From an uncultured Cryomorphaceae bacterium (GTDB lineage: Bacteria > Bacteroidota > Bacteroidia > Flavobacteriales > UBA7430): a stretch of DNA of 64,000 nucleotides. The stretch spans positions 5,531 through 69,530 of the forward strand of contig CACDER010000001.1 of NCBI GenBank assembly GCA_902551855.1, in the 5' to 3' direction. A program made the position numbers and the translations under genes. This document shows, piece after piece, positions 55,159 through 64,000 of the stretch. The notes below the pieces were generated by a model. It ran no database searches, had not been told where the DNA came from, and was given only the letters and a program-made list of their open reading frames with translations. Numbering within the stretch: the first letter of the stretch is position 1; each line of letters starts with the position of its first letter.

Positions 55159-58100
55159 GTGTCTAAATATAAATATTTTATAAAATTAATTTTTTATTTG
55201 AGTTTTTTTTTATTGAGCAGTTATGCAAGATCACAAAATGACTCAATATTACCTTATCCTAATTTACTTTTTGATGACCCACAGAATTTTAATCAAAATA
55301 TCTTTTTTAACTCTGAAATAAGTCAGTACATTTTCCAAAATCAAATTGGTAATTTACAAATAAAAAGGCCCACTTATATGAGTAAATCAATCTATAATGA
55401 TTGGTTTTTTCAAAAGAAAATAAATGATTATTGGAAGAGTAGAATTAATTCTAAAAGGAATGCGACTTTATTAGGTTCTGACAAAGAATTTAGTGTAGGA
55501 GGAGAATCATTTAATAGAATTTTCGGGGGTAATACTGTAGATATTAGACCTCAAGGAGCAGCTGAATTAACTTTTTCTGGAAATTTTGATAAAACAAAAA
55601 ATCCAAATCTCACTGAAATCCAACAAAACAACGCAAATTTTAATTTTGATCAGAGTATACAAATGAATGTTATTGGAAAAATTGGAACTAAATTGACATT
55701 AAGAACTAATTACGATACTCAAAGTCAATTTGATTTTCAAAATCAAATGAAATTAGAATATACCGGTGATGAGGATCAAATTATAAAAAAAATTGAACTT
55801 GGAAATGTTAGTTTACCTCTCAGTGGTTCTTTGATATCTGGAACTCAGAGCTTATTTGGAATTAAAACACAATTTCAATTTGGTAGGGCAACTTTCACAG
55901 CAGTTTTTTCAGAGCAAAAATCAGAAACTAGTTCTATAAGTGTAAATGGTGGATCTCAAACGAATGATTTTGAAATGTTTGCAGATAACTATGAAGCTAA
56001 CAAACACTATTTCCTCTCTCAATATTTTTATGAAAACTATGATAATGCTTTATCTAATATGCCAATAGTTAATTCAAATGTTCAGATTACAAATATTGAA
56101 GTATGGGTGACCAATAGAAGTGGTTCAACACAGAATGTAAGAAACATTTTAGGTTTTCAAGACTTAGGTGAGAGTATTAACTCAGGATTTACATATAACA
56201 ACACTCTTAGTTCAAGTTCTCAACCATTAAGTGGATCAAATCCAGACAATAGAAATAATAATTTATTTCCTGAAGATTTAGTTAATGTATACCCTAATAT
56301 TAGAAATGTAAGTCAGATTAATTCAATTTTAGATGGAAATTTAGATCAAACTGTTGATTATGAAAAAATTGAGAATGCAAGAAAATTATCATCATCTGAA
56401 TATTCATTTGATCCAAGATTAGGATATATTTCGTTGAATCAAGCTCTAAATTCAGATGAAGTTCTTGCTGTTGCCTATCAATATACAATAAATGGTATTC
56501 CATACCAAGTTGGAGAGTTTTCAAATCAGCTTTCTTCACCTGATGTTTTAATACTAAAATTATTAAAAAGTACAATAATAGACATTAGTCTTCCAATGTG
56601 GAAATTACAAATGAAAAATGTTTATTCATTAGGAGCATATCAAGTAAATCAGGAAGATTTTAATCTACAAATACTCTACCAAGACGATGATTCAGGTATT
56701 CCTATTCAGTATATTCCCGAGGAGGGAATGAGCAATCAATTATTAATTCAAACACTTAATTTAGATAATTTAAACAGAAATAATGACCCTGGAGCAGATG
56801 GTATATTTGATTTTATTCCAAATTTAACTATTCGGACTTCCAATGGAAGAGTATATATTCCAAGTGTAGAACCATTTGGAAATTATTTGAGAAGAAAGAT
56901 GATAAATTCTGGTTTATCTGAAGAAATTATTAATCAATATGTTTTTGATGCATTATATGATTCAACAAGAACTGCTGCATCTCAGGTTGCACAATTAAAT
57001 AAATTTATTATTAAAGGTACTTATAAATCATCTTCAGGATCAGATATATCATTGAATGCAATTTCTATTCCTAGAGGGTCTGTAACTGTAAGTATGGGTG
57101 GAACCTTATTGGAGGAGAATATTCATTACACAATTGATTATAATTTAGGAAGAGTAAAAATAATTGATGAGGGAATTCTTAGTTCAGGCCAACAAATTGA
57201 TATATCTATGGAAAATAATTCTGCTTATTCCTGGACAACTAAAAGATATATAGGTATTCATGGAGATTATGAGATTAATGAAGATTTATTATTTGGTGCA
57301 ACTTTACTAAACTTGTCAGAAAATGTTCAAACTCCAAAAATAAATATTGGAGAAGAACCAATTTCAAATACAATTTGGGGGTTAAATTTATCTTATAATG
57401 ATGATTCCAAATTATTAACTAAAATTGTTGATAAATTACCATTCATAAATACGGATGAAAAATCTACTGTAACAATAACTGGTGAATTTGCAAAGTTTGT
57501 TCCTGGTCACCCTAAGTCAATAAATGTTGATCAAGCTGGTACTTCGTATATAGATGATTTTGAAAATAGTCAATCCCCAATAAGTTTGACATCACCCCAA
57601 GTGTGGAACATATCAAGTACTCCACAAGATTTGGATCTTTTTCCAGAATCATCTTTTAATAATGATTTAAGATATGGATATAATAGATCCAAGATTGCAT
57701 GGTATATTATTAATTCTGATCTTCAAAGAGAAACTGCTTATTCGCCTTCTCATATTTCTGATTCAGATAGAGAGGATCCATATGTGAGAGAAATTACAAT
57801 TAATGAAATATTCCCAGATAAAGATATTCCTCATGGGCAACCTCTTGTTTTGAGAACTTTTGATTTGGCATATTATCCTAGTGAAAGAGGTCCATATAAT
57901 TTTGATGTAGAGGGAGAGGTTGGTATTTCGGAGGGAATTGATGCAGACGGAAATTTAATTAATCCTTCGTCAAGGTGGGGAGGAATTACCAGAAAAATTG
58001 AAACTAATGATTTTGAAACAGCAAATATTGAATTTTTAGAATTTTGGATGATGGATCCATTTATAAATGAACCTAATTCTTCAGGAGGTGATTTTTACAT

Positions 58101-61100
58101 AAACCTCGGAAATGTTTCAGAAGATGTTCTTAAAGATTCAAGAAAAAGTTATGAAAATGGTTTACCAATTGATGGTAACGAAAACAATATTGACACAACA
58201 GTCTGGGGTAGGGTACCCACTGTTCAAGCTTTAGTAAATGCATTTAATGGAGGTGAAGCAGCGAGAGAAATTCAAGATGTTGGACTAGATGGTATGGATG
58301 ACCAAACAGAAAGAGATTTTAATCCAATAAATAATGACGAATCCTCAAATTACCTTAAAAGAATATCTAATTTGTATGGCGAAAGTTCAAATGCATATTT
58401 AAATGCCAATAGTGATCCAGGTGCTGATAATTATCATTTTTTCTATGGAAATGACTATGACTCCGAGGAAAAATCAATATTGGAAAGGTATAAACTTTAC
58501 AATGGTATAGATGGAAATTCACCTTCAGCATCAGGAAATGCTACTCAAACTGCATATACTCAGTTACCTGATGTTGAAGATATTAATAATGATTACACAC
58601 TAAATGAGTCAGAATCATTTTATCAATATAAAATAAGCTTAAGACCTGAGGATTTAAATGAAGTTGGAAAAAATTTTATAACCTCAATCAATGAAAATAC
58701 TGGTCCCAAAAATGATACAAGATGGATTCAATTTAAAGTTCCTATCAGATCCTATGATAAAAAAATTGGAACAATCCCTGATTTTAGAAGTGTTAGATTC
58801 ATGCGACTATTTGTTAAAAATTTTCAAGATGATGTCGTATTAAGATTTGCATCTTTGGATATGGTGAGAGGAGAGTGGAGAAAATATTTAAATAGTATTA
58901 TAGATCCAGGTGAACAAATCGAAAATGATCAAACCGCATTTGATATTTCAGTAGTAAATTTTGAAGAAAATGGAAAAAGAAATCCTATTCCTTATGTTTT
59001 ACCTCCAGGTATTCAAAGAGAACGAATTCTTGGGTCAACAGCTTTACAACAACAAAATGAACAATCACTTGCAATGAGAGTTTGCAATCTAGAAAATGGT
59101 GATGCACGTGGAACATTTAAAAATGTTAATATGGATATGAGAACTTACAATAAAATTAAGTTTTTTGTTCATGCTGAAGAATTGAATCCTGAAGACTTTA
59201 ATTTGCAAGACAACGATTTAACTGTATTTATTAGAATAGGTTCTGATTATAATTACAATTATTATGAGTATGAAGTTCCTTTAAAGATCTCTCAATGGGG
59301 AGCGTCTAGGACAAGAGATATTTGGCCTGAAGAAAATGAAATAGAAATTGATTTTAATAATTTAAGACTTGCAAAAAATACTAGAAATAATGAAATAAGA
59401 AATGGTAACCAAAATATTAGTTTTAATGATCCATATACATATCAAATTTCTAATTCAACTGATAAAATTACTATAATGGGTAATCCTAATATAGGAAACG
59501 TTAGAACAATAATGCTAGGTGTAAAAAATCCCATTAATGAAATTGATGATGATGGTATGAGTAAATGCGCTGAGATTTGGATTAATGAACTAAGATTAAC
59601 TGATTTTGATGAAAGAGGTGGATATGCTGCAAAAGGACAAATTAAAACTAAATTAGCTGATTTAGGTTCAATTAGTCTTGCTGGAAATTTAAGTACAGTT
59701 GGTTTTGGAAGTCTTGAACAAAGTGTAACAGAGAGAAGTAAAGAAGAAATGAGACAATATAATTTAACTTCAAATCTAGAATTAGGTAAGTTTTTTTCTC
59801 AAAATTCAAATATTAAGATACCTTTATTTATAGGAATATCTGAATCTGTAATTACCCCACAGTTTAATCCTTTGGATCCAGATATAGAATTGCAAGCTGT
59901 GCTTTCAGATGATAATCTGTCAGTATCAGAGAAAGATACTTTAAAAAAAATTGTAGAAAATTATACTTTAAGAAGATCATTAAATTTGACAAATATTAGA
60001 AAGGAAAAAAGATCTAGTAATAATTCAAGAAATAGTAAGTTCTCAAAATCAGATAGAGGTTCTGGAGAAAGGAAAAAAGAATCAAAAAGTAGGATATATA
60101 ATATAGAAAACTTTAGTTTAAGCTATTCCTATAATGAAGTTTTTAATAGAAATATTGATACTGAATTTAGCACTTTGAGGGAACATTCTGGTGGTATAGG
60201 ATATAATTTTAATAATTCTCCTAAGAATTATAAACCATTCAATAAAGTTAAATTTTTAAAGAAATCGAAGTATTTTAGGTTAATTAAAGATTTTAATTTT
60301 TATTTATTCCCAAGATCAATATCTGCAAGAACTGATTTTCATAGATCATTTTCTGAAGTAAAAATGAGAAATGTGGCCGCTCTAAATTCTACTGTCCCTC
60401 TCAATATTGTGGAACCTGATACGATGTATAATAAGTTATTTAACTTAACTCAAAATTATTCAGTAAAGTTTGACTTAACTAGAAGTATTAAACTGAATTT
60501 CTCTACTAATTCAAGATCAATTGTTGATGAACCTGAAGGTAGAATTGATTCATATGAAAAAAAAATAGCTTTAAGAGATAGTATTTTAAATTTTGGAAGA
60601 CCAACTAATTATAGACATCAGTTTGACATTAGATATTCATTACCAATAAATAAGATACCTATAACTGATTGGGTAAATTTAACACTAAATTATGATGGAA
60701 CATATGATTGGAATGCTGCATCAATAGCATTTTCTAATGATTCAATAAATCTTGGTAATACAATCCAAAATACAAATAAAAAGAGAATAAATGCTCAGTT
60801 TAATGTTAAATCTCTTTATAATAAGTTACCTTTTCTAAAAGAACTATTAAATAGTTCATCTTCTAATAATTCTTCAAACAGGGGAAGAATCACCCAATCC
60901 AGAGACAGGTCTGTAGTAAAAAGAATAGAGGAAGAGGAAGAAGAGGAGGAAGAGGAGGAAGAAGAAGATAATTTTAAGAAATACTCTAAAATTGTGTTTA
61001 ATTCTATTTTTAAAACTATCTTTTCAGTAAAAAATGTCAATTTTAGTTATGATGAGACAAATGGAACTATGATTCCAGGGTTTTTACCTTCTGTTGGACC

Positions 61101-62388
61101 TTTTGGAATGGAGAATGCTTTTTTTAGCAATCCTGCTCCAGGTTGGAAGTTTATTTTAGGTAGTCAAAGAGATTTAAGACCTGATTTAGCAAAAAATAAT
61201 TGGATCACAAAAGATACTTTACTTAATCAACAATATACCCAACAATTTACTTCAAGATTAAATTTAAGATCCACATTAGAACCAATAAATAAATTTAGAT
61301 TACAAATTACTGCACAGAGAAATCAAAATATAAATCAATCTGAGACATATAGAAATATTGGAAATGAACAAATCCCAGTTTTTCAATCATTAAATCAAAA
61401 TGAAACTGGAAGTTTTACAATGTCATTTTTAGCAATTAAAACTGCATTTAGACCAATGCAATTAAATTCTTCTAAAACATTTAATGATCTAAGAGCAATG
61501 AGATCTGTAATTGCAAATAGAGTTGCAAGACAATACAATCCTAATTATTTAGTTGAAAATTCTTATCCAGTTGGATTTGGATCTAGTTCACAAGAAATTT
61601 TAATTCCTGCGTTTATGGCAGCATATTCGGGAACAAATCCAAATAAACAAAATTTAAATAAATTTCCGTCTATTCCATATCCCAATTGGACTTTAAAATA
61701 TGATGGTTTAATTGATATTCCTTGGATAAAAAAAAGATTTAAAGCTTTTTCAATTTCTCATGGTTATTCGTCAACATTTTCAATTAATTCATATCAAACT
61801 AATTTATTTTTTGGATCACTACAAGAACCCTTTTCAGGAAGCACAGATAGTAATCCTGAAAATTTTGACTCAAATGGAAATTATTTATCTGAATTTCAAA
61901 TTCAAACAGTGAGTATTAGTGAACAATTCAATCCATTAATAAAAATTGATTTAACAATGAATAATAGCTTAACTACAAGGTTAGAATTTAGTAGAGATAG
62001 GCAAGTATCTTTGAGTTTAAATAATAATCAAATTCAAGAACAAATTGGAAAGACAATTAGTATTGGATTAGGTTATAGTATTGATGATTTTGAATTTAGT
62101 ATTGGAACTGCAAATGGTAATAAAACTTATTCTTCTAACTTAGATTTAAATTTGGATTTATCCCTAAGACAGTCATCCTCTGCAATAAGAAGTCTTGAGG
62201 AAAATACACATCAACCAATTAGTGGTAGTACAGATATAAATATTCAGTCAACAGCAGATTATGTTTTAAGTCAGAAAGTAAATCTTCAAATATTTTACAA
62301 TAGGATGGTGAAAAAATTTGAAGTAGCTAATTCTTTTGATACTTCAAACAGCAGCTTTGGAATTAAACTCAGATTTTCATTTGGATAA
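55159..62388 (+). CDS. sprA: T9SS outer-membrane translocon SprA (Sov)
   Basis: 2409-aa ORF with a GTG start immediately after the ruvA stop and a signal peptide. Size, ruvA-sprA synteny and giant beta-barrel-type composition ending ...GIKLRFSFG all match SprA of gliding Flavobacteriia. Confidence 0.9.
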   Translation: MSKYKYFIKLIFYLSFFLLSSYARSQNDSILPYPNLLFDDPQNFNQNIFFNSEISQYIFQNQIGNLQIKRPTYMSKSIYNDWFFQKKINDYWKSRINSKRNATLLGSDKEFSVGGESFNRIFGGNTVDIRPQGAAELTFSGNFDKTKNPNLTEIQQNNANFNFDQSIQMNVIGKIGTKLTLRTNYDTQSQFDFQNQMKLEYTGDEDQIIKKIELGNVSLPLSGSLISGTQSLFGIKTQFQFGRATFTAVFSEQKSETSSISVNGGSQTNDFEMFADNYEANKHYFLSQYFYENYDNALSNMPIVNSNVQITNIEVWVTNRSGSTQNVRNILGFQDLGESINSGFTYNNTLSSSSQPLSGSNPDNRNNNLFPEDLVNVYPNIRNVSQINSILDGNLDQTVDYEKIENARKLSSSEYSFDPRLGYISLNQALNSDEVLAVAYQYTINGIPYQVGEFSNQLSSPDVLILKLLKSTIIDISLPMWKLQMKNVYSLGAYQVNQEDFNLQILYQDDDSGIPIQYIPEEGMSNQLLIQTLNLDNLNRNNDPGADGIFDFIPNLTIRTSNGRVYIPSVEPFGNYLRRKMINSGLSEEIINQYVFDALYDSTRTAASQVAQLNKFIIKGTYKSSSGSDISLNAISIPRGSVTVSMGGTLLEENIHYTIDYNLGRVKIIDEGILSSGQQIDISMENNSAYSWTTKRYIGIHGDYEINEDLLFGATLLNLSENVQTPKINIGEEPISNTIWGLNLSYNDDSKLLTKIVDKLPFINTDEKSTVTITGEFAKFVPGHPKSINVDQAGTSYIDDFENSQSPISLTSPQVWNISSTPQDLDLFPESSFNNDLRYGYNRSKIAWYIINSDLQRETAYSPSHISDSDREDPYVREITINEIFPDKDIPHGQPLVLRTFDLAYYPSERGPYNFDVEGEVGISEGIDADGNLINPSSRWGGITRKIETNDFETANIEFLEFWMMDPFINEPNSSGGDFYINLGNVSEDVLKDSRKSYENGLPIDGNENNIDTTVWGRVPTVQALVNAFNGGEAAREIQDVGLDGMDDQTERDFNPINNDESSNYLKRISNLYGESSNAYLNANSDPGADNYHFFYGNDYDSEEKSILERYKLYNGIDGNSPSASGNATQTAYTQLPDVEDINNDYTLNESESFYQYKISLRPEDLNEVGKNFITSINENTGPKNDTRWIQFKVPIRSYDKKIGTIPDFRSVRFMRLFVKNFQDDVVLRFASLDMVRGEWRKYLNSIIDPGEQIENDQTAFDISVVNFEENGKRNPIPYVLPPGIQRERILGSTALQQQNEQSLAMRVCNLENGDARGTFKNVNMDMRTYNKIKFFVHAEELNPEDFNLQDNDLTVFIRIGSDYNYNYYEYEVPLKISQWGASRTRDIWPEENEIEIDFNNLRLAKNTRNNEIRNGNQNISFNDPYTYQISNSTDKITIMGNPNIGNVRTIMLGVKNPINEIDDDGMSKCAEIWINELRLTDFDERGGYAAKGQIKTKLADLGSISLAGNLSTVGFGSLEQSVTERSKEEMRQYNLTSNLELGKFFSQNSNIKIPLFIGISESVITPQFNPLDPDIELQAVLSDDNLSVSEKDTLKKIVENYTLRRSLNLTNIRKEKRSSNNSRNSKFSKSDRGSGERKKESKSRIYNIENFSLSYSYNEVFNRNIDTEFSTLREHSGGIGYNFNNSPKNYKPFNKVKFLKKSKYFRLIKDFNFYLFPRSISARTDFHRSFSEVKMRNVAALNSTVPLNIVEPDTMYNKLFNLTQNYSVKFDLTRSIKLNFSTNSRSIVDEPEGRIDSYEKKIALRDSILNFGRPTNYRHQFDIRYSLPINKIPITDWVNLTLNYDGTYDWNAASIAFSNDSINLGNTIQNTNKKRINAQFNVKSLYNKLPFLKELLNSSSSNNSSNRGRITQSRDRSVVKRIEEEEEEEEEEEEEDNFKKYSKIVFNSIFKTIFSVKNVNFSYDETNGTMIPGFLPSVGPFGMENAFFSNPAPGWKFILGSQRDLRPDLAKNNWITKDTLLNQQYTQQFTSRLNLRSTLEPINKFRLQITAQRNQNINQSETYRNIGNEQIPVFQSLNQNETGSFTMSFLAIKTAFRPMQLNSSKTFNDLRAMRSVIANRVARQYNPNYLVENSYPVGFGSSSQEILIPAFMAAYSGTNPNKQNLNKFPSIPYPNWTLKYDGLIDIPWIKKRFKAFSISHGYSSTFSINSYQTNLFFGSLQEPFSGSTDSNPENFDSNGNYLSEFQIQTVSISEQFNPLIKIDLTMNNSLTTRLEFSRDRQVSLSLNNNQIQEQIGKTISIGLGYSIDDFEFSIGTANGNKTYSSNLDLNLDLSLRQSSSAIRSLEENTHQPISGSTDINIQSTADYVLSQKVNLQIFYNRMVKKFEVANSFDTSNSSFGIKLRFSFG
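60928..60966 (+). repeat. run of 13 consecutive Glu codons (mixed GAG/GAA) inside sprA, within a 42-nt homopurine tract (60927-60968)
   Basis: Read directly: ata GAG GAA GAG GAA GAA GAG GAG GAA GAG GAG GAA GAA GAA gat. Confidence 0.95.
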
Positions 62389-62499
62389 TGATTCAAATAA
62401 ACATGCGTTTAAAAATTTGGATAATTATTAATCTTAGACTAAATTATTGTATATTTACCTTTCTTTTAAAAAAATATAAACAAATTAAATTTTTAGATC

Positions 62500-64000
62500 A
62501 TGATTAGGTTGCTTAAATTAACAGTTATTCTATATGCTTTTCCGCTTTTTTCTCAAACTTATTTTTCAGAAAATTTTGAATCTGGAAACTTAGATCAATG
62601 GACTACAGTTGACTCTGACGGAGATGGATACACTTGGGCAATAAATAACTATGGAGATGAACAAAATAATATTGTTATATCTCAGTCATGGACTAATGGT
62701 GTAATTTTATATCCTGATAATTGGTTAATTTCAATTCCTATTGATTTATCTTCTGCGGTTAGTCCAACTCTTTTTTGGAAAGTGAAAGCTCAAGATCAAG
62801 CATGGGCAAATGAAAACTATACAGTCTATGTTGCAGACTCAGATGATATTTCATCATTAGAATCGTCCCCTTTTACTTTCAATGAAGTTATTGGTACATC
62901 AAATGGTTATGTAAACAGAACTCTTGATTTATCAGATTTTGTAGGTCAAGAATCTGTTCACATTGCTTTTAGACATCATGATGTTTCAGATATGTTTGTT
63001 TTAAATGTTGATGAAATTAGCATCGTTAACTCCTCTGGTGATGCAGTATCACTTTCATCTCCAGAAAAATTAATGTTTAGTGAAAATGGTTCATATATTG
63101 ATAAGATTTATGGTGTTGTGACAAGTCCCAATGCTCAAGCTTCATTCGATTTTTCTGTTACTAGTTTTAGTAGCGAACCATTCTCAAATTACTCTTTTGA
63201 GTCCTCTATTGACGGTTCTTCTTCCACTTACAATAGTTCACAAACTCTCAATCAACTTGATTCAGAATCATTTACTGTCAATCTTGGACTTGGTGAACAC
63301 CAAGTCTCAGTTTCTTTAATTAATAGTTCAGGGGATGTTCTTTCTACAATATCTGAAACTATTACAGTATCTGAACCAACACCTAATTATGTCAAAAATG
63401 ATTCATATGGAAATAATCACAATTTACATTCATATATACAAAATGGAGATGTTGTAGTTTTAGATTTAATGGCTTCTTACTGTGGACCTTGCGAAACTTC
63501 AACACCTCATTTACAAAATTTATATGAATCTTATGGGGAAGGACAAAATGGTCTTCACATAATGGGAATTACAAGCTATTATGCTGATAATACAAACGCA
63601 ATAATGAATAGTCTTGGTTGGGGCGGATATTATCCATATTTTGCTTATGAAGATAAAAACTGGAACTTATTAACTCATTATGAGTCATTTACTGATGTAG
63701 GGGGATTACCTTCTTTTATGGTAATTTGTCCAAATCGTTCTAACCCTTCTTTTTCGACAGTAAGTTATACATCTGTTGGATGGCCCGCTGATCCTGCTGC
63801 TACATATGCAATTGATGAAATTGAAGATGCTGTATTGTCTTGCTCTAATAGCTCTATCAATTTATCAGCTGAAAAAATTGTTTCTGAATTAGATTACAAT
63901 ATTTATCCAAATCCCGCATCAAATTTTGTTAATATTGAATTTGAAAATAATTCATCAGAATCTACAGCTAAAGTTCAAGTTATAAATATTTTAGGTGAAA
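62500..64000 (+). CDS. T9SS type A cargo: choice-of-anchor-J-like domain, Ser-rich beta region, CGPC thioredoxin-fold domain and CTD (3' end outside the window)
   Basis: Not in the supplied ORF track because no stop falls in the window. I translated frame 1 from ATG 62500 to 64000 and found no stop. Signal peptide MIRLLKLTVILYAFPLFSQ. N-domain: FENFESGNLDQWTTVDSDGDGYTW, PDNWLISIPIDL, HIAFRHH. Thioredoxin part: VVVLDLMASYCGPCE (CGPC at 63481-63492)...GGLPSFMVI. Type A sorting domain begins at YPNPASNFVNIEF (63904 onward). Confidence 0.8.
   Translation, partial: MIRLLKLTVILYAFPLFSQTYFSENFESGNLDQWTTVDSDGDGYTWAINNYGDEQNNIVISQSWTNGVILYPDNWLISIPIDLSSAVSPTLFWKVKAQDQAWANENYTVYVADSDDISSLESSPFTFNEVIGTSNGYVNRTLDLSDFVGQESVHIAFRHHDVSDMFVLNVDEISIVNSSGDAVSLSSPEKLMFSENGSYIDKIYGVVTSPNAQASFDFSVTSFSSEPFSNYSFESSIDGSSSTYNSSQTLNQLDSESFTVNLGLGEHQVSVSLINSSGDVLSTISETITVSEPTPNYVKNDSYGNNHNLHSYIQNGDVVVLDLMASYCGPCETSTPHLQNLYESYGEGQNGLHIMGITSYYADNTNAIMNSLGWGGYYPYFAYEDKNWNLLTHYESFTDVGGLPSFMVICPNRSNPSFSTVSYTSVGWPADPAATYAIDEIEDAVLSCSNSSINLSAEKIVSELDYNIYPNPASNFVNIEFENNSSESTAKVQVINILGE

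Noticed and set aside
60816-61040. A 74-aa antisense ORF with a poly-Ser run opposite the SprA poly-Glu tract.
   Set aside because: It is the mirror image of the GAR codon run (CTC/TTC read as Ser and Leu). It has no independent support.
63131-63319. A 62-aa plus-strand ORF listed in the supplied track.
   Set aside because: It is an alternative frame inside the much longer open frame 62500-64000, which has a signal peptide, a choice-of-anchor-J-like domain, a thioredoxin-like domain and a T9SS CTD.
1-64000. A whole-window search by eye for CRISPR repeats, tRNA/rRNA genes, transposases, integrases, toxin-antitoxin pairs, restriction-modification systems or other defence islands.
   Set aside because: None were found. 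Every ORF of 120 aa or more that does not lie inside, or merely extend, a better-supported gene has a plausible housekeeping or envelope-related assignment. The longest non-coding gaps are 118, 111 and 91 nt.

Overview
This is an AT-rich, very gene-dense chromosomal segment from a Bacteroidota genome, most likely class Flavobacteriia. The taxonomic call rests on an LpxC-FabZ fusion, SprA, a PorX-type regulator, T9SS type A and type B C-terminal sorting domains, TAnnTTTG -7 boxes and the absence of Shine-Dalgarno sequences. I can support 53 protein-coding genes, two of them cut by the window edges. Almost all junctions are 0-16 nt gaps or overlaps. I saw no rRNA, tRNA, CRISPR array, transposase, integrase or prophage genes. 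No intergenic space is large enough to hide a structured RNA.

Gene blocks, in order:
- alaS tail, TlpA-like lipoprotein, hutU.
- A small surface-glycan locus (GT4, Wzx-like flippase, sulfotransferase, Wzz-like, O-antigen-ligase-like) abutting efp and the lipid A genes lpxA, lpxC/fabZ and lpxD.
- porX-tsaE-ald; proline dehydrogenase; aroB-aroA.
- A purE / DUF962 / LolA-like / FtsX / FtsX / ABC ATPase / beta-barrel string.
- adk-obg-PAP2-crcB-pafA.
- An M16 / O-methyltransferase / T9SS type B cargo string, and a zinc metalloprotease.
- A Bacillus-like beta-oxidation unit (fadD, marR, fadN-fadA-fadE).
- recG, maeB, ruvA, the 2409-aa T9SS translocon gene sprA, and a T9SS type A cargo gene running off the 3' end.

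Most of the window is ordinary core genome, and I cannot point to an unequivocally new system. The candidates most worth a second look are:
1. The operon-encoded Lol-like module with its own outer-membrane barrel (25331-30770).
2. A T9SS-exported protein with a CGPC thioredoxin domain directly downstream of sprA (62500-64000).
3. The sulfotransferase-containing glycan locus next to the lipid A genes (6165-12045).
4. A His-free, degenerate orphan ABC ATPase inside the lpx operon (12613-13218).
5. Nested dyad symmetry over the marR promoter and start codon of the fad operon (48242-48291).

All functional calls come from motif reading and recalled family knowledge. No database search was run.
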